Below, piece after piece: positions 21,505-30,481 of a stretch of DNA of 41,212 nt; the first letter of the stretch is position 1, and every line of letters starts with the position of its first letter. The notes beneath the pieces are model-generated. The model did not search any database and had not been told where the DNA came from. It saw only the letters and a list, made by a program, of their open reading frames with translations. Both the position numbers and the translations under genes were made by a program. Source of the DNA: Hippea sp. (lineage in GTDB: Bacteria > Campylobacterota_A > Desulfurellia > Desulfurellales > Hippeaceae). The stretch is taken from positions 1-41,212 of the forward strand of contig WFQR01000110.1 in assembly GCA_015486955.1 (NCBI GenBank), written 5' to 3'.

Positions 21505-22271
21505 AGGTTTTTGTAGTTTTTAACTGTCAATAGTGCGCTTGCCTGCTGCGTTGGCATGATTACGAGATCCTCTATCGTTACGTGTTTTGGCCTTGAGACG
21601 GCAAACCACACGGCTTCAGCTACATCTTCAGCTGTTAACGGTGTGATGTTTTCATAGACCTTCTTTGCCCTTTCCTCATCGCCATCAAATCTCACTATAC
21701 TGAACTCCGTTTCCACCATGCCCGGATCTATGGATATAACCCTAATGTTTGTGCCTAAGACGTCCATCCTCAACGCCTTTGACAGGTGTAAAACGGCGGC
21801 TTTTGTTGCACAGTACACATTGCCACCTGGGTATGTTTCATGACCGGCTATGGAGGCTATGTTTACAATGGTGCCTGAGTTTTTCTCAACCATTCTTGGC
21901 AGAATGGCCTTTGTTACGTAAAGCAATCCCTTAATGTTAGTGTCAATCATTATCTCCCAGTTTTCCACCTTTCCATCCTGAAGCCTATCCAAACCCTTGC
22001 TCAAACCGGCATTGTTGATCAATATCTCAACATCTTGCCAATCCTTTGGTAGATTACCCAAAAAGTCAAAAACCTCTTCCTTGTTTGTAACATCCAACTT
22101 TAAGGGCAAAACCTCTACCTTGTACTTATCTGTTAGTTCTTTCTCAAGCTCCACAAGCCTTTCCAATCTCCTTGCAGCTATAATTACGTTTATACCATTT
22201 TTGGCAAGTATTTCTGCACATGCCCTACCAATACCGCTTGAAGCACCGGTGATCAATGCAATCTTATCCAT
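21501..22271 (-). CDS. YdfG-like NADP-dependent short-chain dehydrogenase
   Basis: TGASSGIG, INNAG, YPGGNVYCATK, PGMVETEFS.VRF.GD. Confidence 0.92.
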   Translation of the reverse strand: MDKIALITGASSGIGRACAEILAKNGINVIIAARRLERLVELEKELTDKYKVEVLPLKLDVTNKEEVFDFLGNLPKDWQDVEILINNAGLSKGLDRLQDGKVENWEIMIDTNIKGLLYVTKAILPRMVEKNSGTIVNIASIAGHETYPGGNVYCATKAAVLHLSKALRMDVLGTNIRVISIDPGMVETEFSIVRFDGDEERAKKVYENITPLTAEDVAEAVWFAVSRPKHVTIEDLVIMPTQQASALLTVKNYKNL

Positions 22272-24006
22272 TGTTTTCTACCTCCTTTGAATATTTGATT
22301 ATTCTATTTTTCCCATTGCGTTTGGCGCAGTACAAGGCAACATCTGCAAGCTCTATGGCTTCCCTTACGTTCTCTGTATCTTCAGGCACCATTGAATATC
22401 CTATGCTCACCGTTACGCCTATCTGCTTTCCGTTTATCTTGATCTTTTTGTCCTCTATTTCTTTCCTGAACCTTTCAAGGAGATCCAAAAATGCATTTTC
22501 CTCTATCTCTTGGGCAATAACCAAGAATTCCTCTCCGCCATAACGTATCAACATATCGGATTTTCTCTTGAAGTGTTCTTTCAATGAGTCGGAGACGGCC
22601 TTTAGCACCCTGTCGCCAGCCGTGTGGCCATAGGTGTCGTTTATCTTTTTAAAGTCGTCTATGTCTATCATGGCAAATCCGATCCGTGCGTTGTGTCTCT
22701 GTGCGTTGGATGTTAAAGCCTCTATTGCCTCATCCAAGAACCACCTGTTGTAAAGACCCGTCAAGTTGTCGTGGATTGTCTTTTGCTTGAGCTTTTCTGT
22801 CAGCTGTTTTATGTTTATGTTGTGCGCTGCGCTTTGGAATAGTTTCTCTAATGCAACAATCTTGGAGATATCTGTTTCATCTTCTTTTACTGCAAACTCA
22901 ACTATTGCCACGAGATTTCCACTTGATACTATAGGTATGCAGAAGTATAGGTATCCATTGCAATAGTCCTCAATCTTGATCCCTTTTTCCGATGCTTTTA
23001 AACATTTGTTAAAGTTATCACACGGTATATTGCCGTTTTGTAGAACCTTTATAGTGCTGTTGTCTGTAACCTGGTATATAGCGTAGTTTTTTATTGAAAA
23101 GTCCTTTTCCATGAGTTGTTTTATCAGTTCTAAAATGTCCATTTCTGAATCTGCAAGATCCAAAGATTCCTTGAATTTAACCATGCGTGAAATATGCTCT
23201 ATGTACTTATTTGTGTTTTCTATTAGCTTACCAACAGGTCCATCTGTTAAAACGGGTAGTTTCATGTCCAGTGTTATATTCTCCCTGATTAATCTTTCTG
23301 GTATCTTTGCCACATCCTCTATGGATTTAAACATCTTGTCCAAGAGGAAATACATGATTAAAAGCGAAATTAGAGAAGAAAAAACGCCTGGAATAAGGCT
23401 CATTAAGAAGCTCTCGTAGGCTTTTCTCTTTAATCTTTCGTTAAGCAGCTCGACCTGGTCATCTATCTCTTTTAGGTAAAAACCACTGCCTATGATCCAA
23501 TGAAGCGACGGTATGTACTTAACACAGGATATCTTTTCGTAAACTTTATCTTCTTCTCCAGGATAGAACCACTTGTATTCTATGTACGAGAGGTTGCTGA
23601 GCCTAAATTCTTCCAGCGCTTTTTGTAGTGTTTTGTAAGGCATCTTGTTAAGTTTGTATATGTTTTTTCCGACGAGTTCAGGTTTTACGGGATCTAAAAG
23701 TATCGTTCCATCGTCTTTTATGCACCACACGTATCCCGTCATGCCGTATTTTATTGTGTTCAGTGAGTCCAATGCTATTTTTTCTGCCTCTTCTTTGTTA
23801 ACGACACCTTCTGTTACAAGATTTTCAGCAGTGATGATCATATTTTGAGCCACTTCGATGGCCGTTTTGGCCATATCCTTATACTGTTGGATTAGCTCTG
23901 TTTTTTCCTTTTCCAATTGTAACTTATTTGCAGCCAAGAGGCTGGATAAGAAGTATGTGTAGCCCGTTACACCTATGATTATCAAGCCCATTATATACGT
24001 AACCAT
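22264..24006 (-). CDS. Membrane diguanylate cyclase: TM-Cache-TM-(HAMP-like)-GAF-like-GGDEF
   Basis: Cache motif (YG.TGYVW...P.L.GK...Y.W...KIS...WIIGSG.Y); HDNLTGLYNR, DIDDFKKINDTYGH, RKSD I-site, YGGEEF. True 5' end uncertain. Confidence 0.92.
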   Translation of the reverse strand: MVTYIMGLIIIGVTGYTYFLSSLLAANKLQLEKEKTELIQQYKDMAKTAIEVAQNMIITAENLVTEGVVNKEEAEKIALDSLNTIKYGMTGYVWCIKDDGTILLDPVKPELVGKNIYKLNKMPYKTLQKALEEFRLSNLSYIEYKWFYPGEEDKVYEKISCVKYIPSLHWIIGSGFYLKEIDDQVELLNERLKRKAYESFLMSLIPGVFSSLISLLIMYFLLDKMFKSIEDVAKIPERLIRENITLDMKLPVLTDGPVGKLIENTNKYIEHISRMVKFKESLDLADSEMDILELIKQLMEKDFSIKNYAIYQVTDNSTIKVLQNGNIPCDNFNKCLKASEKGIKIEDYCNGYLYFCIPIVSSGNLVAIVEFAVKEDETDISKIVALEKLFQSAAHNINIKQLTEKLKQKTIHDNLTGLYNRWFLDEAIEALTSNAQRHNARIGFAMIDIDDFKKINDTYGHTAGDRVLKAVSDSLKEHFKRKSDMLIRYGGEEFLVIAQEIEENAFLDLLERFRKEIEDKKIKINGKQIGVTVSIGYSMVPEDTENVREAIELADVALYCAKRNGKNRIIKYSKEVENNG

Positions 24007-24154
24007 TATCTTAAATTTAAACGATGCTCATTTTAATTTTCTAAACATTGCTTTTACACCCACGTGAGGTTTTCTCCGCTTTCTAACATATCCTCGTATC
24101 GTTTTGCGTCAAGATTTTGCATTACATTTTTCCGTTTTTTTGTATAATCCAAAT

Positions 24155-25018
24155 ATGAGGGTTATCCTAAGCGTGTTTTTTGTGCTTTTGTTCATAAATG
24201 GTTCGTTTGCTTTTGATATAGACGCTATATCGATTAAACTCAATGCAAAGTATTCCATACCCATTGAGTATACAGAATACGTGCTCAGTCATGCAAGGGT
24301 TGTACCAAAGGTTAAGGCCTTTGCATTTAGGGTAGCAAATGCAAAAGAGAAGGTTATGCCGTTTGATACGTTTTTGCCGTTGTTTGTCAATAAAAAACGC
24401 ATAGAAGAGGGTTATGAGTTCTTTCAAAAGCACAAAAGTTTATTGAGAAGGGTCTATAAGGTTTATGGCGTTGATCCCTGCGTTATTGTTGCAATTTTGA
24501 GTATAGAGACAGATTTGGGTAGGGTTAAACCCAGCACCAATTGCCTAAATGCCCTATACAGTCTTGCCCTATATGCCCGCAGGAAAAAGTACTTTCTCTC
24601 CGAACTCGAAAGCTACATTGTTTACACGTACAGACACAAGATCGATCCGTTTTCTGTTAAGGGTTCGATAACCTGTGCCATAGGAATTCCCCAATTCATG
24701 CCATCGAACATCGATAAGTACGGCGTGGATTTTAATGGCGATGGTTTGAATTTGGATGAAATTCCGGATGCTGTGGCAAGTGTGGCAAACTTTTTAAAGA
24801 GGCATGGCTGGGTAAAGGATGGCAAGGTTGTTGAGCTTTTGGGTAAGTGCAAAACAGAAAAGGACATTGTTGTTTTAACGGATTCTAAGGGTAAAAGAAC
24901 ATGCTTTAAAACGTATAAGAACTTTTGGGTTCTTAAAGGTTACAACGGCACGGTTAACTACGCACTTGCAGCTTACGAGTTGGCGAAAAACATATGTAAA
25001 TTGGTTAAACATCAATGA
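24155..25018 (+). CDS. mltB: Lytic murein transglycosylase B family (SLT_2)
   Basis: Signal peptide from ATG 24155; YGVDP..IVAILSIET, GIPQFMPSN...YGVDFNGDG, ASVANFL..HGW, YN...YA. Confidence 0.9.
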   Translation: MRVILSVFFVLLFINGSFAFDIDAISIKLNAKYSIPIEYTEYVLSHARVVPKVKAFAFRVANAKEKVMPFDTFLPLFVNKKRIEEGYEFFQKHKSLLRRVYKVYGVDPCVIVAILSIETDLGRVKPSTNCLNALYSLALYARRKKYFLSELESYIVYTYRHKIDPFSVKGSITCAIGIPQFMPSNIDKYGVDFNGDGLNLDEIPDAVASVANFLKRHGWVKDGKVVELLGKCKTEKDIVVLTDSKGKRTCFKTYKNFWVLKGYNGTVNYALAAYELAKNICKLVKHQ

Positions 25019-25032
25019 ATTATAATTTGTGT

Positions 25033-25061
25033 TTGAAAAAATGGAGATTGATTTGTAAAAT
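25033..25061 (+). promoter_or_regulatory. Sigma70-type promoter of the mutase operon
   Basis: TTGAAA (25033-25038), 17 nt, TAAAAT (25056-25061); AGGAGG at 25082-25087. Confidence 0.6.
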
Positions 25062-25093
25062 GTGGGTAAAGTTATAACAATAGGAGGGTGGCT

Positions 25094-27277
25094 ATGGAGT
25101 TTAAGAAGGTTACAAAAGAGGATTGGGAGAAATTAGCAGAAAAGGAAGCCTCAAGGGCAAAAAAAACGTTAGAGGATCTAACGTGGCGTTCACCCGAGGG
25201 CATTGACATCTATCCCCTTTACACGGCGGAGGATATAGAGAAGCTTGAGTATCTGGACACATTCCCCGGTTTCCCGCCGTTTATCAGAGGTCCAAAGGCC
25301 ACAATGTACACGGTAAAACCGTGGACGATCAGACAGTATGCTGGTTTTTCCACAGCAGAGGAGTCAAATGCTTTCTATAAAAAGGCTTTGGCACTTGGTC
25401 AACAAGGACTGTCCGTTGCCTTCGACCTTGCAACACATAGGGGTTACGATTCGGATCATCCCCGTGTTGTGGGTGATGTGGGTAAGGCAGGTGTTGCTGT
25501 GGATACCGTTGAGGATATGAAAATTCTATTTGACGGCATACCGTTGGATAAGGTTTCCGTGTCTATGACAATGAACGGTGCTGTAATCCCCGTTATGGCG
25601 TTTTATATCGTTGCCGCTGAGGAGCAGGGTGTAAAACAAGAGCAACTCTCGGGAACTATCCAGAATGACATCTTGAAGGAGTTTATGGTCAGGAATACTT
25701 ATATCTACCCGCCGCAACCGTCCATGAGGATTGTAGCGGATATTATCGAATACACGAGTAAGTATATGCCCAAGTTTAATTCAATCAGTATCAGTGGCTA
25801 CCACATTCAGGAAGCAGGAGCAAACGCCGTTTTAGAACTTGCATTTACGCTGGCTGACGGACTTGAGTATGTAAAAACGGCATTGGCACGCGGTTTGGAT
25901 ATAGACTCATTTGCACCGAGATTGTCATTTTTCTTCGGTATTGGTATGAATTTCTTTACAGAAATCGCAAAGCTCAGGGCTGCAAGGTTCTTGTGGGCAA
26001 AGCTCATGAGCCAATTCAACCCAAAGGATCCGCGTTCCATGGCTTTGAGGACACATTGTCAAACATCGGGTTGGAGTTTGACGGCTCAGCAGCCTTATAA
26101 CAACATCATAAGGACAACCATTGAGGCTTTGGCTGCTGTATTGGGCGGAACACAGTCCTTACATACGAACGCTTTAGATGAAGCTATAGCTTTGCCAACT
26201 GACTTTTCTGCACGCATTGCAAGGAATACACAGCTGATCATACAAGAGGAAAGTAACATCTGCAAAACCGTTGATCCTCTGGCAGGGTCGTACTTTATAG
26301 AATCCCTAACCCATGCATTGATTAGAGAGGCAGAAAAGATCATTAACGAGATTGAAGAGATGGGCGGCATGACAAAGGCCATTGAGACGGGTATGCCAAA
26401 GTTGAGGATTGAGGAATCTGCAGCAAAGAGACAGGCGTTGATTGATAAGGGTGAATTTGTTATAGTTGGTGTCAACAAGTACGTCATTCCAGAGGAAGAG
26501 GACGAGAAGGTTGAGGTTTTGGATATAGACAATACGGCTGTTAGGGAAAAGCAGATTGCAAGACTTAAAAAGATAAAGGCTGAAAGGGATAACGAAAAGG
26601 TTCAGAAGGCTTTGGATAAAATAACAAAGGTTGCGCGTGATGGTGGAAATCTGTTAGAGGTTGCGGTAGAGGCTGCAAGGCTCAGGGCGACGTTGGGTGA
26701 GATATCCTATGCGATGGAGAAGGTATTTGGCAGGTATCAACCACAGATAAGGCTTGTGAGTGGGGCTTATGGTAACTTGGTTAAGGATAAAGAGGAGTTC
26801 AAGGAGATTCAAAAGGAGATTGAGGAGTTTGAAAAGCAAGAGGGTAGAAGGCCGAGAGTACTGATTGTAAAAATGGGTCAGGATGGACATGACAGGGGTG
26901 CTAAAGTAGTTGCATCTGCCTATGCCGACATGGGCTTTGATGTGGATGTTGGGCCTATGTTCCAAACGCCTGAAGAGGCAGCAAAGATGGCCGTAGAAAA
27001 CGACGTTCACGCAATAGGAGTTTCGACACTTGCCGCTGGTCATAAAACGCTTGTGCCTCAGCTTATTGAAGAACTGAAGAAGTTGGATGCCGACGATGAT
27101 ATAGTCGTTACTGTTGGAGGTGTTATACCGAAAAAAGACTATGATTTCTTGTATGATCACGGCGTTGCTGCAATCTTTGGTCCTGGAACTTCTATTTTGT
27201 ACTCAGCTAAAGAACTGCTGAAGGCAATAAAGGAGAAGAGAACGCCAAGAAGGTTGAGGAAGCTGAATGCAGGTTAA
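25094..27277 (+). CDS. scpA: Methylmalonyl-CoA mutase, single chain with C-terminal B12-binding domain
   Basis: [12 protein letters not shown] (specificity Tyr), [24 protein letters not shown] (DxHxxG). ATG 25094 lies 6 nt after AGGAGG. Confidence 0.97.
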   Translation: MEFKKVTKEDWEKLAEKEASRAKKTLEDLTWRSPEGIDIYPLYTAEDIEKLEYLDTFPGFPPFIRGPKATMYTVKPWTIRQYAGFSTAEESNAFYKKALALGQQGLSVAFDLATHRGYDSDHPRVVGDVGKAGVAVDTVEDMKILFDGIPLDKVSVSMTMNGAVIPVMAFYIVAAEEQGVKQEQLSGTIQNDILKEFMVRNTYIYPPQPSMRIVADIIEYTSKYMPKFNSISISGYHIQEAGANAVLELAFTLADGLEYVKTALARGLDIDSFAPRLSFFFGIGMNFFTEIAKLRAARFLWAKLMSQFNPKDPRSMALRTHCQTSGWSLTAQQPYNNIIRTTIEALAAVLGGTQSLHTNALDEAIALPTDFSARIARNTQLIIQEESNICKTVDPLAGSYFIESLTHALIREAEKIINEIEEMGGMTKAIETGMPKLRIEESAAKRQALIDKGEFVIVGVNKYVIPEEEDEKVEVLDIDNTAVREKQIARLKKIKAERDNEKVQKALDKITKVARDGGNLLEVAVEAARLRATLGEISYAMEKVFGRYQPQIRLVSGAYGNLVKDKEEFKEIQKEIEEFEKQEGRRPRVLIVKMGQDGHDRGAKVVASAYADMGFDVDVGPMFQTPEEAAKMAVENDVHAIGVSTLAAGHKTLVPQLIEELKKLDADDDIVVTVGGVIPKKDYDFLYDHGVAAIFGPGTSILYSAKELLKAIKEKRTPRRLRKLNAG

Positions 27278-28277
27278 TGTTGAACAATTGTCAAGGGAGT
27301 TGTTGGAAGGCAAAAGAAAGGCCCTTGCCAAAGCCATAACGTTAATAGAGAGCAAAAAGTTAGAGCACAGGAGACTATCAAAGGAACTACTTGAAAGGAT
27401 TTTGCCTTATACGGGCAATTCCATAAGAATTGGGATAAGCGGCGTGCCAGGTGTAGGTAAGAGCACGTTTATTGAAGCTTTTGGTCTTTATTTGATCGAT
27501 AAGGGTTTTAAGGTGGCCGTGTTGGCAATAGACCCCACCTCCCAGATTAGCGGTGGCTCCGTCCTCGGCGACAAGACGAGGATGGAGCTTTTAAGTAGAA
27601 GGGAAGAGGCATTTATAAGGCCTTCACCGTCTGGCAATTCACTCGGCGGTGTGGCACGGAGAACAAGGGAGAGTATCTTTTTGTGTGAGGCTAATGGCTA
27701 CAATATTATCATTGTTGAAACAGTTGGCGTTGGTCAGTCGGAAATCAAGGTAGCATCGATGGTTGATTTTTTTCTTTTAATGCAACTGCCCAATGCAGGT
27801 GACGAATTGCAGGGCATAAAGCGTGGTGTAATGGAGGTTGCAAACGCCATTATCATAAACAAGGCTGATTCGGATAATGTAAAAAAGGCTCAGCTTGCCA
27901 AGAAACAACTTGAGAACGCCTTGAGCTTCTTTTTGAGATCGGATGAGGATTGGAAGGTTCCTGTTTTGCTTGTGTCGGCTTTGGAGAAAAGAGGTATTGA
28001 TGATGTTTGGAGTACAATAGAAAAGTACGTTGATATTAAAAAGAAAAATGGTAAATTTTTCGAAAAGAGGAAGCAACAGGCGATAGATTGGATGTGGACG
28101 ACCGTTGATGAGGAAATCAGAGAGTTGTTGTTGGAAAATGAAAGGGTGTCTAATTTGGCCAAAGACATGGAGAGGGCAGTGATAGAAAACAGAACGACGC
28201 CGTCTTTTGCAGCCGATAGAATTGTTGAGGAGTTTAAAAAATCTATTTGTTTGGAGGACAAACCATGGAAAGGTTGA
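27267..28277 (+). CDS. meaB: Methylmalonyl-CoA mutase-associated GTPase chaperone
   Basis: [42 protein letters not shown]. Confidence 0.96.
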   Translation: MQVNVEQLSRELLEGKRKALAKAITLIESKKLEHRRLSKELLERILPYTGNSIRIGISGVPGVGKSTFIEAFGLYLIDKGFKVAVLAIDPTSQISGGSVLGDKTRMELLSRREEAFIRPSPSGNSLGGVARRTRESIFLCEANGYNIIIVETVGVGQSEIKVASMVDFFLLMQLPNAGDELQGIKRGVMEVANAIIINKADSDNVKKAQLAKKQLENALSFFLRSDEDWKVPVLLVSALEKRGIDDVWSTIEKYVDIKKKNGKFFEKRKQQAIDWMWTTVDEEIRELLLENERVSNLAKDMERAVIENRTTPSFAADRIVEEFKKSICLEDKPWKG

Positions 28278-28711
28278 AATCTTTGTTGGTTTTGCTTGTT
28301 TTATTTGTGTTTTTGGGTTTTAGCATTTCATCGTGTACAACAGAGAGCGAAAATGTTGCTTTGGGTAGTGCAGTGGGGGCAGGAATTGGTGCTGCCGTCA
28401 CTAAGAATAGTTGGAAAGGTGCCGTAATTGGCGGAGCCATTGGCGCTTTGGCTGGAGAGGCCATGTACCAAATACAACAGAAGGCGATACAGGAGGCTGT
28501 TCAGAGCCAAAAACCCGTTGTTTATCAGCGTGATACGGGCAACGGCGGTTGGCAAAGGGTAGAGGCAGAGCCCGTCGGTCAACCAACATACAATCCTCAA
28601 GAGCATACGAAATGTCAAAAGGTGCACATCAGGGAGATTGAGAACGGTAAAGTGGTTAAGGATACAATAAAAGAGGTTTGCAAGGGTTACAAGGAGACAA
28701 ATACGTATTAG
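28265..28711 (+). CDS. Glycine-zipper lipoprotein (17-kDa surface antigen-like)
   Basis: ATG 28265 after GGAGG; signal peptide ending ISSC; GSAVGAGIGA..GAVIGGAIGALAG zipper; C-terminal Cys pair. Confidence 0.85.
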   Translation: MERLKSLLVLLVLFVFLGFSISSCTTESENVALGSAVGAGIGAAVTKNSWKGAVIGGAIGALAGEAMYQIQQKAIQEAVQSQKPVVYQRDTGNGGWQRVEAEPVGQPTYNPQEHTKCQKVHIREIENGKVVKDTIKEVCKGYKETNTY

Positions 28712-28720
28712 AGGTGCAAA

Positions 28721-29122
28721 ATGATTAAGAGGATAGACCATATAGGTGTTGCCGTTAAAGACTTGGATAAGGCCATTGAAACGTATAGGGATATATTTGG
28801 ATTTGAACTGCTCGAGGTGGAGGAGGTTCCCTCACAAAAGGTTAAGGTGGCAAAGTTCAACGTTGGTGGTGTTCATATTGAGTTTTTGCAGCCGCTTGCT
28901 GATGATAGCCCCATATCAAAATTCTTAGAAAAGAAGGGCGAGGGAATTCACCACATTGCATACTACACGGACGATATAAACGGTTTACTTGATGATCTTA
29001 AGAACAAAGGTGTGAAGATGATAAACGAAGAGCCTGTTAAGGGTTCATCTAACACCGTGATTGCATTTGTCCATCCAAAGTCTTCGATAATACTCACAGA
29101 GCTTGTTTCGAAAGGAGAGTAG
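28721..29122 (+). CDS. mce: Methylmalonyl-CoA epimerase
   Basis: IDHIGVAV, IEFLQP, SPISKFLEKKGEGIHHIA, AFVHPK; mutase context. Confidence 0.95.
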   Translation: MIKRIDHIGVAVKDLDKAIETYRDIFGFELLEVEEVPSQKVKVAKFNVGGVHIEFLQPLADDSPISKFLEKKGEGIHHIAYYTDDINGLLDDLKNKGVKMINEEPVKGSSNTVIAFVHPKSSIILTELVSKGE

Positions 29123-30481
29123 GTGATGAAGGAAGGTCCAATTAGGGTTGTTGTAATTGGTGGGGATGCAGCGGGTATGAGCGCCGCAAGCCAGGTTAAG
29201 AGAAGGATGAAGTCGGCTGAGGTTGTAGTTTTGGAGAAGAGTAAATATGTCTCTTACGGTGCTTGTAGTATGCCTTACAACATTGGTTACGGTGGTAATG
29301 TGGATGACCTTGTTGTCATGAGTGCTCAGGAATTTAGGGAAAAGAGAGGAATTGACGTAAGGCTGTTTGAAGAGGCAACTGCTGTGGACACGAATGCAAA
29401 GAGTGTACATGTTAAAAACCATGTATCTAACAGAGAATATGATATCAAATACGACTATCTGGTTATTGCCACCGGGGCAAGAGCGAAGCTCCCCGATGTG
29501 GAAGGTGTGCACAATGAAGGTGTCTTTACGTTGAAGACGTTAGATGATGCAAAGGCGATTAAGGACTTTTTGTATAAAAATAAACCCAAGAGATGTGTCT
29601 TTATAGGAGCTGGTTATATTAACCTTGAACTTGCAGGTAACTTGAAGAGGGCTGGCGTTGAAGAAATTACCATGCTCAAGCGTAGTGATGTATTGATGAA
29701 TGAGTATGAGGAAGAGGTTGATGAGGCTGCAAGGGATATTTTGAACAAGAACGGTGTCAAGCTTGTTACAGGCATAAAGGTCGAAAGAATAGATGGGACT
29801 ACGGTTAAGACAAATAAGGGTGATTTTGAAGGGGATATTGTTATTATAGGCATAGGTTTTGTGCCAAATACGGAATTTCTTGAAGGTTCAGGCATTGAAC
29901 TCGATGATAAAACGAAGGCTGTCTCTGTGGATAGGTATCATAGAACAAACATAAAGGATGTTTATTCAGCCGGTGATTGCGCAATGTTGTATCACAGGAT
30001 TTTGGATAAATACATTTATTTGCCCAGCGGTAACAATGCAAATAAAACGGGAAAATTAGCAGGGGCTAATATTGTTGGTGCAAATGAACAGTTTGCAGGT
30101 ACCGTAGGTACGAGGGCATTTGAGACCTTTGGATTGGGAATAGGAAAAACAGGTCTGTCTTTAAAAGAGGCAAATGAAGCGGGTTTTGATGCCTTTAAGA
30201 CCGTAATAACAGCCCCTACCAAAGCACACGGTTATCCTTTCCAGAGTAAGATGACGGTTATTTTAATTGCCGAAAAAAAGACGGGTAGGCTTCTGGGCTC
30301 CCAGATGTTCGGCGATGTTCCTTCTGTTTTGAGGATCAATGTGTTGGCAGCCGCCTTATACGCTAATATGACAATTAAGGATATTCAGGGATTAGATCTT
30401 GTGTATTCTCCACCATTTGCACCCGTTTGGGATCCAATCCTTGTTTGTGCAAATCAAGCCATTAAACAGGTGGGAAAATGA
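29123..30481 (+). CDS. CoA-disulfide reductase / NADH oxidase family flavoprotein
   Basis: GGDAAGMSAA, SYGACSMPY single redox Cys, ATGA, AGDC, YSPPFAPVWDP; no rhodanese domain. Confidence 0.88.
   Translation: MMKEGPIRVVVIGGDAAGMSAASQVKRRMKSAEVVVLEKSKYVSYGACSMPYNIGYGGNVDDLVVMSAQEFREKRGIDVRLFEEATAVDTNAKSVHVKNHVSNREYDIKYDYLVIATGARAKLPDVEGVHNEGVFTLKTLDDAKAIKDFLYKNKPKRCVFIGAGYINLELAGNLKRAGVEEITMLKRSDVLMNEYEEEVDEAARDILNKNGVKLVTGIKVERIDGTTVKTNKGDFEGDIVIIGIGFVPNTEFLEGSGIELDDKTKAVSVDRYHRTNIKDVYSAGDCAMLYHRILDKYIYLPSGNNANKTGKLAGANIVGANEQFAGTVGTRAFETFGLGIGKTGLSLKEANEAGFDAFKTVITAPTKAHGYPFQSKMTVILIAEKKTGRLLGSQMFGDVPSVLRINVLAAALYANMTIKDIQGLDLVYSPPFAPVWDPILVCANQAIKQVGK

Noticed and set aside
24028-24030. 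Selenocysteine reading of the in-frame TGA
   Set aside because: Lies in an N-terminal basic leader with no catalytic context, and the downstream sequence is AT-rich with no SECIS-like hairpin.
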